Of a stretch of 64,000 nt of DNA, positions 36,516 to 46,068 are shown in pieces. A model generated the notes under the pieces. It did not search any database, was not told the DNA's origin, and saw only the letters and a program-made list of their open reading frames with translations. Every line of letters begins with the position of its first letter. The stretch's first letter is position 1. Source of the stretch: Alphaproteobacteria bacterium (GTDB lineage: Bacteria; Pseudomonadota; Alphaproteobacteria; Rs-D84); NCBI GenBank assembly GCA_017962125.1, contig JAGCVZ010000011.1:182255-246254 (forward strand), given 5' to 3'. The translations under genes were made by a program, and so were the position numbers.

Positions 36516-38666
36516 CTACATATTTACATCTTCACAAGATTCTATTTCCTGGCAGAAAGTTTCTTGACCGCCCGATGCGTAACCCATTGCACCAAAAGCA
36601 GCCGCACCAACAAGTGCCCCAATCGCAGTTCCCCAACCAGCACTTACCATGGTTCCCGCAGATGCTCCGGTTGATAAACCGCCAGCCGCAGCCTTTAACA
36701 TCGAGGTAGATTTCTTTTCGCCCCCAACTTCACAAACGCGTTGCATACGGCATACATGGCAATTACGTAATGAAGGTTCAAAAGAAACACTCTTTATATA
36801 AGAGTAAGACGTTTTTTCATCTTTTTCTTCTGCTTTTTTCTTTTCTGGCTTATAAAGTGTCAAACAATTTTCACGTGCTTCTTCCACATCTTGTTGCCGC
36901 GACAATTCCGCCACACGCGATTCCAAATCGGTAAGATAGCGATTTTCTGCGCCATTTTCTGCTATCATTTTTGCCGTCACAAAAATACTATCTTTCAAAC
37001 TTTTCCGACCTGCGGGTTGCTGCGCGCTTTTACATGCATCAACAGTAGCCTCCTTTTCAAACTGCTTAAAGAACTCCTCAACTGCAGTTTTACTTTCATC
37101 TTTCACTCTCTGACGCAAATCAGTCTTTCCAGATTCAGTACTAGGTAATTTAGTTAAAGTTTCTACAATATCACTCTTTGGTAAACAATTCATATCTGTT
37201 CCACAAATACGTCCCAGCATATCATCGTAATAGTTAATACAGCCTTGCATCATTTGATAATTCATCTGCAACAGCACAGAACTTACAATAACATCATAAA
37301 ATTTTTCACTTTTGCACGAAGGAAACATATCTTGGGGGCAAAGATCGACAATTTCTTGCGCGTTTTTCCCAAGGCACTGCGGTCCTGTGAAATTTTCACC
37401 ACATTTATTGCGCAAACATTTATCAACATCCGACTGACAAAAATCTGTCCGCAATGCCACCAACTTTTCGTTCCAACTCTGTTTAAGCCCCGGAATTTTA
37501 GCATCACATTCGTTTATAATTGGGCACACCCCCGCCGCAACATTTACATTCGTTAAACACCCTGTATCAGTCGACACAGCGCACCCATCTTCTAAACAAG
37601 CACGAATTTTGGCATTGCACGTCAGACGCATATTTCTATCACTATAAACCGCCGCATCGGCAAGAATCATTTTTGCTTCGTCCTTCCAATCATCCAAAAC
37701 GAAAGTTCTAACCGCCATACATTGATCTAAAATATTTTCACACGCATTTGCACGCCGTTCCAAAAGTTTTGCATCTAAACAATTTTCAAACTGAACACCA
37801 CAACCACCCTTGTCGGCAATACATGCGCGATACGCAAGCAAACATTCACCACGATTATACTTATTTGTAGTTCCTAACATATCCAATGTCGCCGACCGCA
37901 CAGCCGCATCCGCCGTCCGCTTGTTGGATTCCGCTGCGCGCTTTTGTTCTGCTAGATACCCAGTAAAAGTTTTACAATCTTTGAGTATTTCGCGCTGATA
38001 AAGTTTTTCTTCCATATCGGCACGTTTATTGTCACATGTTTTTAAAATAAAATCACAAGATTCAGCCGCTATATCATAAAGATTATCACCAATATCAGCA
38101 TCAGCATCCAAACTGGAATTCGTATCGCCATTTATCCATGCAACAAGGTCTATCCCCGTCTTGCGCGAAGATTTTTTTGCTTGGTCACTTTCACCAAATT
38201 TTATAAATTTCGCCTTGGCTCCAAGTTTTTCACGTTCGACCCCTTCTGTATATTGCTTTTCCGCCGCGAGTTCAATATCTTGAATTTCTTTAATTAATTT
38301 TTTTGATTGTTTTATATTGTTCGAACAAGAACAACGCCCCCCTTCGGATTCGTCCAACAAACAAAAATCATCCATACATTCACGATAGGCTTCGCGACAT
38401 TCTTCTGGACTAAGGTTTTCAATATCGTATTCTTCAACTTCCTCAGATGTAACACTAACCTCTTCTACTTCCGCGGGCTCCTCTACTTTTGCCACTGGCG
38501 CGCTTGAACTTTTACTATTCACTAAATTTATATTTTTTGTCTTAACCGCAGGACCAACAGACAACGACGGTCCACGAATGCCCGCCCGATTACCACCATC
38601 GCGCGTTGCCCCAAAACTAACACATGGCAAAAGCGCCAAAATAACAAAGAATATTTTGATTTTCAT
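36516..38666 (-). CDS. large secreted cysteine-rich protein, paralog P4 (tandem with P3)
   Basis: 716 aa. RBS AAGGAAAAA. CREAYRECMDDFCLLDESEGGRCSCS, ACENILDQCMAVRTFVL, a Gly-rich segment near the C-terminus, and ..CQEIESCEDVNM. Stop is 1 nt from the P3 ATG. Confidence 0.7.
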   Translation of the reverse strand: MKIKIFFVILALLPCVSFGATRDGGNRAGIRGPSLSVGPAVKTKNINLVNSKSSSAPVAKVEEPAEVEEVSVTSEEVEEYDIENLSPEECREAYRECMDDFCLLDESEGGRCSCSNNIKQSKKLIKEIQDIELAAEKQYTEGVEREKLGAKAKFIKFGESDQAKKSSRKTGIDLVAWINGDTNSSLDADADIGDNLYDIAAESCDFILKTCDNKRADMEEKLYQREILKDCKTFTGYLAEQKRAAESNKRTADAAVRSATLDMLGTTNKYNRGECLLAYRACIADKGGCGVQFENCLDAKLLERRANACENILDQCMAVRTFVLDDWKDEAKMILADAAVYSDRNMRLTCNAKIRACLEDGCAVSTDTGCLTNVNVAAGVCPIINECDAKIPGLKQSWNEKLVALRTDFCQSDVDKCLRNKCGENFTGPQCLGKNAQEIVDLCPQDMFPSCKSEKFYDVIVSSVLLQMNYQMMQGCINYYDDMLGRICGTDMNCLPKSDIVETLTKLPSTESGKTDLRQRVKDESKTAVEEFFKQFEKEATVDACKSAQQPAGRKSLKDSIFVTAKMIAENGAENRYLTDLESRVAELSRQQDVEEARENCLTLYKPEKKKAEEKDEKTSYSYIKSVSFEPSLRNCHVCRMQRVCEVGGEKKSTSMLKAAAGGLSTGASAGTMVSAGWGTAIGALVGAAAFGAMGYASGGQETFCQEIESCEDVNM

Positions 38667-38788
38667 GATTTTTCCTTCCTACAACTTTATATAATTTTAT
38701 CAAAACATTAGAACCTTGGCAAATAAAAAATTCTTGATTTTTTTAAATATAGACATAAAATTGATGACGTTTTATCAAAGGGATAAAT

Positions 38789-39040
38789 ATGGCAAAAGAT
38801 GACGTAGTCGTTTTTGAAGGCACAGTAGTCGAAAAATTACCGAACACAATGTTTCGTGTTCGGCTTGATAACGAGCATGAAATTTTGGCAACCGTTTGTG
38901 GCAAAATGCGCAAGTTGCGCATCTGGGTTAACGTGGGCGAAAGGGTTCGCGTTGAAATGACACCATATGATTTGGCCAAAGGTCGCATCACATTTGTCGA
39001 ACGTAAACGCGTTGGCACAGCTGAACAGCAAAATCAGTAA
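38789..39040 (+). CDS. infA: translation initiation factor IF-1
   Basis: [66 protein letters not shown] is a near-canonical IF-1 S1 fold. Short C-terminal extension. Confidence 0.85.
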   Translation: MAKDDVVVFEGTVVEKLPNTMFRVRLDNEHEILATVCGKMRKLRIWVNVGERVRVEMTPYDLAKGRITFVERKRVGTAEQQNQ

Positions 39041-39073
39041 ATTCTGAAAATTTTTTTGAAACTACCGCAGACT

Positions 39074-40330
39074 TTATGCGGCTTTTTTAGCGGTACGCAT
39101 GATTTCAATTGGTGCCTTTTTACCGTTTACCACATCTTTATCGATGACAATTTCCGCCAAATCTTTTTTATCCGGTGCATAGAACATCGGTTCCAATAAA
39201 ATCTTTTCTAAAATACTGCGTAATCCCCGCGCCCCCGTTTTCCGCACAAGCGCAAGTTTCGCAATTTCACGCAGACCATCATCCTTTATCGTCAACTTCA
39301 CATCGTCCATGGCAAGCATCGCTGTATATTGCTTTACAATCGCATTTTTCGGCTCGGTAAGAATTTGCACCAACGCATCTTCATCTAATTCCGAAAGTGT
39401 CGTAATTACCGGCAACCGCCCAACTAATTCCGGAATAATTCCAAACTTTACCAAATCTTCGGGTTGCACATCAGATAAATAATTTTTCGCATCGCGTTCT
39501 TTCTTTGACGAAACATCCGCACCAAATCCGATTCCTGCGCGTTCGCACTTGCGATTTGCGATTACGCGATTAAGCCCATCAAACGCCCCGCCACAGATAA
39601 ACAAAATCTTGCTTGTATCCAAACGAACAGTCGCTTCGCCTGGATGCTTGCGCCCGGCACCACTGGCGGGAACATTTGCAATCGTGCCTTCAACCAGTTT
39701 CAATAGTGCCTGTTGCACACCTTCGCCCGACACATCCCGCGTCAGTGACGGATTTTCAGATTTCCGCGCGATTTTATCAATTTCATCAATATAGACGATT
39801 CCACGTTGCGCCTTTTCCACATCAAAATTCGCATTGTGCAACAGTTGCGTCAAAACATTTTCCACATCTTCGCCGACATATCCGGCCTCAGTGAGTGTTG
39901 TTGCATCAGCAATCGCGAACGGCACATCTAAAATACGAGCCAACGTTTGCGCGAACAAAGTTTTTCCGGTCCCTGTTGGACCAATCAATAAAACATTGGA
40001 TTTTTGAATTTCAACATTTGACGACAAAGAAACACTATGACGTTTATAGTGATTATACACTGCAACCGCCAATGTCCTTTTTGCAGAATCTTGACCAATG
40101 ATATACTCATTAAGGAAATCATAAATCTGTGACGGAGTCGGCAATTTTTCTGCATCACGCGTAACATTTGTCCGAACATCATCCGCCATGATGTCGTTGC
40201 ACAGCGCTATACATTCATCACAAATGCAGACATTACGACCACTGACCAGTTTTTTTACTTCGTAAACCGCCTTGCCACAGAAACTGCAAAACTGCTGCTT
40301 TTTTTCTGTTGTTTTCTTTTCGTCCGTCAT
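39074..40330 (-). CDS. clpX: ATP-dependent Clp protease ATP-binding subunit ClpX
   Basis: 418 aa. Zinc finger CSFCGK..CICDEC, Walker A GPTGTGKT. Confidence 0.9.
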   Translation of the reverse strand: MTDEKKTTEKKQQFCSFCGKAVYEVKKLVSGRNVCICDECIALCNDIMADDVRTNVTRDAEKLPTPSQIYDFLNEYIIGQDSAKRTLAVAVYNHYKRHSVSLSSNVEIQKSNVLLIGPTGTGKTLFAQTLARILDVPFAIADATTLTEAGYVGEDVENVLTQLLHNANFDVEKAQRGIVYIDEIDKIARKSENPSLTRDVSGEGVQQALLKLVEGTIANVPASGAGRKHPGEATVRLDTSKILFICGGAFDGLNRVIANRKCERAGIGFGADVSSKKERDAKNYLSDVQPEDLVKFGIIPELVGRLPVITTLSELDEDALVQILTEPKNAIVKQYTAMLAMDDVKLTIKDDGLREIAKLALVRKTGARGLRSILEKILLEPMFYAPDKKDLAEIVIDKDVVNGKKAPIEIMRTAKKAA

Positions 40331-40338
40331 ATTCCGCC

Positions 40339-40923
40339 CTATTTTTTCCTTGTCAAAACATTATCAATTATTCCAAAATCTTTTGCCTGATCCGCGGTCA
40401 TCCAATTATCACGTTCCATCGCATCATGTAATTCCTTGACCTTACGACCGGTAAATTCGGACATTTGTTTGGTAATAGTTTCTTTGACCATTTTCATTTT
40501 GCGCATACCGATTTCCATATCAGTCGCCTGCCCTTGCAAACCACCAAGTGGCTGATGAATCATAATCTCTGTATTCGGCAACGCAAATCTTTTACCCTTT
40601 TCACCCGCCGCCAAAATTACAGAAGCCATAGATGCAACCAAACCCATACCAATCGTTGTAACCGGCGATTTAATATACTGCATTGTATCCATAATCGCCC
40701 AACCGGCTGATATAACTCCGCCCGGACTATTGATATAAAGTGAAATATCCGCATTTGGATTTTCCGATTCCAAAAACAACAACTGCGCCACAACCGTATT
40801 GGCCATTTGCAATTCTATATCGCCATTTATCATAACAATCCTATCCCGCAACAAACGCGAATAGATATCAAACGACCGTTCGCCACGTGGGGATTCTTCT
40901 ATGACCATTGGTATCAAAGACAT
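40339..40923 (-). CDS. clpP: ATP-dependent Clp protease proteolytic subunit ClpP
   Basis: 194 aa. Ser-His-Asp protease core (..[13 protein letters not shown].., ..MIHQPLGG..). Confidence 0.9.
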   Translation of the reverse strand: MSLIPMVIEESPRGERSFDIYSRLLRDRIVMINGDIELQMANTVVAQLLFLESENPNADISLYINSPGGVISAGWAIMDTMQYIKSPVTTIGMGLVASMASVILAAGEKGKRFALPNTEIMIHQPLGGLQGQATDMEIGMRKMKMVKETITKQMSEFTGRKVKELHDAMERDNWMTADQAKDFGIIDNVLTRKK

Positions 40924-40992
40924 AACTCACACCTTTTCTTATTTTTCTTGATTATACCACACAAAAAAGCCATTCGCAAACGCGAGGTTCAA

Positions 40993-41508
40993 TTATTTTG
41001 CAACGACCACCATCGCAGTACGCAAAACATTATCCCCAAACATATATCCAGATTGCATTTCTTCAACTATTGTATCTGGCTTTGCGCCATTCTCCACCGC
41101 CACGACCTGAATTGCATTGTGTAGCGTGGGATTCAACACTTCGCCGACCGCCGGTATCTTTGTGATTCCAATCTGTTCAAACGCAGATTCCATCGCCCGC
41201 GCCATAGATTGAATTCCCGCATCATCGGGCGAATGTTTAAGTGCCGCCTGAACGGCGTCCATAACCGGCAAGATTTTTTCCGCAACCGACATAGCCCGCG
41301 ACCGCGCGCGTGTCTCGACATCAATGGCAGCGCGACGACGGGTATTTTCCAACTCCGCTGCCATACGCAAGTATTTATCGTTCAGTTCCGCAATTTGCGC
41401 GGTCATTTCCGCAACTTCATCTTTATTTTCGTCTTTTCCCGACGTTTTTTCAGGCTTTACCGCATCTTTTACCGATACAGCTTCCATTTTGACTTCTTTG
41501 TCTTCCAT
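40993..41508 (-). CDS. grpE: nucleotide exchange factor GrpE
   Basis: 171 aa. N-terminal coiled coil and the GrpE C-terminal beta domain (..GEVLNPTLHNAIQVV..YMFGDNVLRTAMVVVAK). Confidence 0.8.
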   Translation of the reverse strand: MEDKEVKMEAVSVKDAVKPEKTSGKDENKDEVAEMTAQIAELNDKYLRMAAELENTRRRAAIDVETRARSRAMSVAEKILPVMDAVQAALKHSPDDAGIQSMARAMESAFEQIGITKIPAVGEVLNPTLHNAIQVVAVENGAKPDTIVEEMQSGYMFGDNVLRTAMVVVAK

Positions 41509-41527
41509 AATATTTTCTCTATTTTTG

Positions 41528-42232
41528 TTACTTTGCGTTTTCTATTATAGTGACAAATTCTTGCGGTTTCAAGGATGCACCACCAACAAGTACTCCATCA
41601 ACATTACTAATCGCGACAATATCGGCCACATTTTCACCATTTACGCTTGCACCGTATAAAATTGGTGTTCCATCCAAACCCATATAAGACAAATTATCCG
41701 CAATAACTTTATGCGCATCTGCAATTTCTTGAGCTGTGGGTGTTATCCCCGCACCAATCGCCCACCGCGGTTCATAGGCGATGATGATATCATCATGCGC
41801 ATCTTCCGGCACAGATTCTTTGACCCCCGCCTCTATGATATCAAATGTTTTTCCGGCCCGTTTTTCTTCCATTGTTTCACCAACACAGATAATCGGAGTC
41901 AACCCATTTTCTAATGCCATCTGGGCCTTTTGACGAACAATATCATTAGTCTCATCATGATACATACGACGTTCACTATGTCCAACAATCACATATTTTG
42001 CACCGGCTTCGACCAACATAGAACCTGACACTTCACCAGTATATGCGCCCTTGGCATGCGCACTGATGTCCTGGGCACCGATTGCAACATTACTTGTTCC
42101 CGCACGCACAATGGTAAAAGGCACACATAAAACCACCCGATTTTCGGTTTTTACCCCAGAAATAGTAGCAATCATCTCATCCAAAGCCGCACGCGACCCG
42201 TTCATTTTCCAATTTCCTGCAATAATTTTCAT
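41528..42232 (-). CDS. tpiA: triosephosphate isomerase
   Basis: MKIIAGNWKMNGS.. N-terminus with the catalytic VGHSERR motif. Confidence 0.9.
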   Translation of the reverse strand: MKIIAGNWKMNGSRAALDEMIATISGVKTENRVVLCVPFTIVRAGTSNVAIGAQDISAHAKGAYTGEVSGSMLVEAGAKYVIVGHSERRMYHDETNDIVRQKAQMALENGLTPIICVGETMEEKRAGKTFDIIEAGVKESVPEDAHDDIIIAYEPRWAIGAGITPTAQEIADAHKVIADNLSYMGLDGTPILYGASVNGENVADIVAISNVDGVLVGGASLKPQEFVTIIENAK

Positions 42233-42298
42233 TTTTCTTCCTTTTTTCCGTTGATTTTTTAGGTTACATTTTGCTATGTTACCGCAAAAGGTGGAAAA

Positions 42299-43708
42299 AT
42301 GCTAGAATATTTACGTAATGCGGCTGATAAACCATTAGCCAAAGTTTTAATGGGAATTCTAATCTTTTCGTTCGTTGGATGGGGTGTTGCTGAATGGGTT
42401 TTTGGTCTTACATCGTCCGACACAACACTTTTGCGTGTTGGTGGCGAAAAAATTTCGATACAACAATATAACAATGTTCGATCAAACGAACTTGCAGCCA
42501 TGTCGCGCGAAGAACAACGCGAATTGTATTCAAATCCTGTCAAAATGTTGGATTTTCAAAACGGTGTAATACAACATATCGCTTCGGCACGCCGAATTGA
42601 TAAACATGCCCATGATTTAGGATATGTTGTATCAGATCACCGAATCGCAAATACAATTCGTGCTATTCCGCAATTCCAAGACAACGGAAAATTTTCACCC
42701 GCGACATTTGATATGGTTTTACGTGGTTCTGGGTTAACCGAATCGGATATAGCAGCAGACATCCGCGTAAAGGCACTAAACACAATGGTTCTAACACCAA
42801 CAATAACGCCAATAACCACACCGCAATTTGTCGCACTGGCTACATATAACGCGCGCAATGCAAAGCGCGATGTAAACATGACAACGGTAAAATTTTCTGA
42901 TTTCAAAGTTGGGAAACCAACAGATGAAAACTTGCGCGATTTTTACGCAAAAAATCCGCACCATGTTCCCGAAGCACGTGATATATCATACGTAATGATT
43001 CCGGCGGCAATGGATAAACCAGACGAATATGAAAACGGCCTTAAAGCGGCCCAGAAAATGGAAGACGATATAATAGGTGGCGAAACATTAGTTGCCGCGG
43101 CCAAGAAACATGGCGCAACATTTAAACAACATAACGGTATTTCGTCGGAAAAACTGCCAAATGATAAAAACATTAACGAATCGGTTATCGCAAAAATTTT
43201 TGAACTTGCCCCAGAAACCGAAAGTGAACTTATCGAAACAAAGCAAGGTTTTGTCATTGTGCGGGTTGATAAAATTATTCCTGAACATAACGCAGACTTT
43301 GATTCAATAAAAAAGGAACTTGTAAACGAATGGACACATGCCGAACAAGAAAAACTGGCGTATGTCCGGGCGAATGAGTTATTAGTTGATTTAAACAAAA
43401 CCGGCAATTTACAAAACGCAAAAAAGTTAACAGTTTCACGCACAGATGGGGCACCGATGCCGGTCTTGGTTGCGGCATTCAAAAACCCAATAGGCGACAA
43501 ATCAATTGTGGCTGCGCCTAATGCATTCTATGTCTTGAATGTTATAAACGAAAAATTGCCAGAACTTGACACCAAAAAGATTGAACAAATAAAACCAGAA
43601 ATTACAAATATGGCTATGCAACATCTAAATGCGGATTATAATTCATACCTTGAACGCGAATATCCCACCAAGATAAACGAGAAAATGTATAACAGATTTG
43701 TAAAATAA
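42299..43708 (+). CDS. periplasmic chaperone PpiD-like (SurA N-terminal domain protein, TM-anchored)
   Basis: 469 aa. N-terminal TM anchor (VLMGILIFSFVGWGV), then a SurA-N-like domain. No clear intact PPIase motif seen. Confidence 0.65.
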   Translation: MLEYLRNAADKPLAKVLMGILIFSFVGWGVAEWVFGLTSSDTTLLRVGGEKISIQQYNNVRSNELAAMSREEQRELYSNPVKMLDFQNGVIQHIASARRIDKHAHDLGYVVSDHRIANTIRAIPQFQDNGKFSPATFDMVLRGSGLTESDIAADIRVKALNTMVLTPTITPITTPQFVALATYNARNAKRDVNMTTVKFSDFKVGKPTDENLRDFYAKNPHHVPEARDISYVMIPAAMDKPDEYENGLKAAQKMEDDIIGGETLVAAAKKHGATFKQHNGISSEKLPNDKNINESVIAKIFELAPETESELIETKQGFVIVRVDKIIPEHNADFDSIKKELVNEWTHAEQEKLAYVRANELLVDLNKTGNLQNAKKLTVSRTDGAPMPVLVAAFKNPIGDKSIVAAPNAFYVLNVINEKLPELDTKKIEQIKPEITNMAMQHLNADYNSYLEREYPTKINEKMYNRFVK

Positions 43709-43715
43709 TTCTTTT

Positions 43716-43740
43716 CCCCGCAATCGCGGGGATTTTTTTA
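43716..43740 (+). terminator. intrinsic terminator of the ppiD-like gene (CCCCGCAATCGCGGGG + T7)
   Basis: Hairpin 8 nt after the stop, followed by TTTTTTT. Confidence 0.6.
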
Positions 43741-43782
43741 CTTGCCTTGAATTAGTTAAGTTTGTTAGCATAAATACGAAGC

Positions 43783-44022
43783 CATGTGGGAACTTGGTTT
43801 CGGGCTGTAGCAGGCCTTACCTATTCGGTGCGAAGCATCGTAATCCATTGTGATTTCTCATGCTTTTGCACCGTCAAAGATAAAACCCCGATTTTGGTCG
43901 GGGTGCCCTTGGGATATACATAAAACCCATGGGGTCATCTAATAGGTATGATTTGCTAACACCCCGACCGCTTGGTTTCCAAAGCGGTGTTTTTATTTTA
44001 CAGAAAAAAAAGGGGGAGGAAC
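43783..44022 (+). promoter_or_regulatory. structured 5' leader of the 44023 gene with an intrinsic terminator (putative attenuator / riboswitch-like)
   Basis: Candidate promoter TTGAAT-N17-ATAAAT at ~43748-43776. GGTCGGGGTG (43896-43905) can pair with either an upstream CCCCGA hairpin or with CACCCCGACC (43960-43969). The latter overlaps the 5' arm of the terminator ACCGCTTGG..CCAAAGCGGT + T-run (43967-43996), which sits 26 nt before a strong-RBS ATG. Confidence 0.35.
43896..43969. repeat. conserved 74-nt stem-loop element, copy A
   Basis: GGTCGGGGTG ... GATATAC ... CACCCCGACC, matching 32389..32461. Confidence 0.5.
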
Positions 44023-45510
44023 ATGAGAAAGTTCATGATATTCGGGTTGTTCGCGGCATTTATCGGTTTCGCATTCGCCGATGATATTGCCGACAGGCAA
44101 ACAGTAACATCACTAACGTATGTAAATGATGAACTTTCTGAAAAACAAGATATATTCGGTGCGCAATCAGGAACAAAAGTTGCAACTTTTACCAATACCG
44201 CCGGGGAAATCACACCACGCGAAGTAAAATCAGATTTAGGCAATAACACAAACGACACCGCATTACCAACGGTTAGTGCAGTGAATACAGGTTTAGATGC
44301 CACCCAAGATACACTTGGTGCAAACAAACATGCGGATTATGTTGCGACATATACAAATGCGCCGGGTGAATTAGGTGAAAAAGGAATCTATCAAGACAGT
44401 GGCACATACGCCGAACAACAAAATGCACTTGTTGATGCGGGAACATTTAATGCGGCATTACAAAACGGATTGGATAATGAATTTGTTTGTGCCGGCAATG
44501 ACCCCGCAACCGGTAATTGTTGGTTATGGACGACACATAATGGACCGGTGAACTTGTTTAATGGGACCATGTATAAAGGCGGTTTAAATCTCAACGTCTC
44601 GTTTGTAGCTTCCAATTTTAAAAAAATTACTTCGCCATATACCCCAAACTCTGACTTTTATGGTCCAACCTTTTATGCAAGGGTTAAACCAAATACGAAA
44701 TACATGGTAACCATGACCACGAGTGCAAGATATAAATACGTTGCCTATTATTCAAACGAAAGTGATATTACCGATAGAAGTCTGGCATTAGGATATGCCA
44801 ACGTATCTAATAACATGTTCACCACACCATCAGGTGCAAATTACGCTGTTATTAGTTTTACTAATGCCAACACCAATGAAATAACATGGTCAAATGTCGA
44901 GCTCTATGAAATACCTGATTCCATTCTGGTTCCTTATGCATATACCCCGTTGGAATATATAGAAGCAACAAACGAAACCACAACTATTAATTTAGGGCTT
45001 TCCGGAGATATGAATTTTCTGGTTGTAGCACAATCAAGTAGAATAAAAGGCGCTTCACAAACCTTGCTTTCATCTACAAATGGCGGAAACACTAGTACAT
45101 GGTTTGGCGAGGCTACAACTACGCATACTTGGGGCGTGAGCGGTGCTAGCGGCGCTCATGCTATCTATTCAACTGAAAAGATATCTGCTAATATCACATT
45201 TGATTCTTTTGGGGCAAGGGGGACGGTAAATGGGCAAACCATTGTGAGAAATAAAGATACAACACAACAAAATTGGTGTTTGTTTAGTACTTGTATTGGC
45301 TATTATCCGTTTTTAGGCAAAGTTTGGACATTGCGAGCATATCAAAATGGTGTGCTTGTAGGAAATTTTATCCCCGCAAAACGTAATAGCGATAATGAAA
45401 TTGGTATGTACGATACAGTATCGGGCACGTTTAAAACTAACACTGGCACCGGAACACTTATCGCCGGGCCAGAGATAAGTAATAATGTTTACCTGCCCCA
45501 GAATCAGTGA
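44023..45510 (+). CDS. secreted Cys-poor T/N/S/G-rich beta-rich protein (adhesin- or fibre-like)
   Basis: ATG at 44023 with RBS AGGGGGAGGA and signal peptide MRKFMIFGLFAAFIGFAFA. About 495 aa with only 3 Cys. C-terminal ..GMYDTVSGTFKTNTGTGTLIAG... Confidence 0.6.
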   Translation: MRKFMIFGLFAAFIGFAFADDIADRQTVTSLTYVNDELSEKQDIFGAQSGTKVATFTNTAGEITPREVKSDLGNNTNDTALPTVSAVNTGLDATQDTLGANKHADYVATYTNAPGELGEKGIYQDSGTYAEQQNALVDAGTFNAALQNGLDNEFVCAGNDPATGNCWLWTTHNGPVNLFNGTMYKGGLNLNVSFVASNFKKITSPYTPNSDFYGPTFYARVKPNTKYMVTMTTSARYKYVAYYSNESDITDRSLALGYANVSNNMFTTPSGANYAVISFTNANTNEITWSNVELYEIPDSILVPYAYTPLEYIEATNETTTINLGLSGDMNFLVVAQSSRIKGASQTLLSSTNGGNTSTWFGEATTTHTWGVSGASGAHAIYSTEKISANITFDSFGARGTVNGQTIVRNKDTTQQNWCLFSTCIGYYPFLGKVWTLRAYQNGVLVGNFIPAKRNSDNEIGMYDTVSGTFKTNTGTGTLIAGPEISNNVYLPQNQ

Positions 45511-45596
45511 TTAGTGGTTAGTATTTTGTCTTTTTGCGGAAACGCGGGGCATTTGCCCCGCGCATTAACACTTATCACTTACACTAACCACTATTA
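45507..45596. repeat. IR-bounded GC-hairpin element between convergent genes (stop-motif family)
   Basis: Left arm GTGATTAGTGGTTAGTA includes the TGA stop of the 44023 gene. Centre CGCGGGGC-ATTT-GCCCCGCG. Right arm ACTTACACTAACCACTATTA includes the TAA stop of the minus-strand ygiW-like gene. Confidence 0.6.
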
Positions 45597-45980
45597 TAAC
45601 TTCTTCATTGCGGACACATCAATTTCAATCATAGATGCACCATTTTTATCAACTTCGCCCCAAACTTCAACGTAATCTGATGGTGAAACACTCATACCAC
45701 CCCAATCTTCTTGGTCTATTTCCAAATTGATTGTTCCTGTTTCATCTTGGAAAATATATGAATTTTCACCATTTTGGCGCAACAAGTACCCGCGAACAAT
45801 AACCGGCGAATTATCAGACAAACCACGAACCTGTTCGATTGTCATAACTTCGGTCATTGTATTGTTATTCATATTATTATTCGCCATGGTGCCTGGTCCT
45901 GCAAAAGCGGCCGTTGACGCAACAATACCCAACGCCACCATCACAGATATTTTTTTGCATTCTTTATTTTTTTCCTTCAT
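45594..45980 (-). CDS. YgiW/YdeI BOF (bacterial OB-fold) family periplasmic protein
   Basis: ORF trimmed to the ATG at 45980 (MKEKNKECKKISVMVALGIVASTAAFAG). ..TIEQVRGLSDNSPVIVRGYLL..YIFQDETGTINLEID..YVEVWGEVDKN..IEIDV matches the BOF pattern. Confidence 0.7.
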   Translation of the reverse strand: MKEKNKECKKISVMVALGIVASTAAFAGPGTMANNNMNNNTMTEVMTIEQVRGLSDNSPVIVRGYLLRQNGENSYIFQDETGTINLEIDQEDWGGMSVSPSDYVEVWGEVDKNGASMIEIDVSAMKKL

Positions 45981-46068
45981 TTTTTCTTCCTTTGTTTGGT
46001 TTTTGTTATGTGCTTTTAACACATCAAAATTATACCGAAAAACAAGGCGGAAATACTCAGGAATGGTT

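Noticed and set aside
39074-41508. Unusual neighbourhood grpE-clpP-clpX (no dnaK next to grpE, no tig before clpP)
   Set aside because: Gene order varies among reduced genomes. All three genes are intact. Not evidence of anything beyond rearrangement.
42943-43500. 185-aa minus-strand ORF inside the ppiD-like gene
   Set aside because: Antisense shadow ORF with Ser/Phe-rich nonsense composition.
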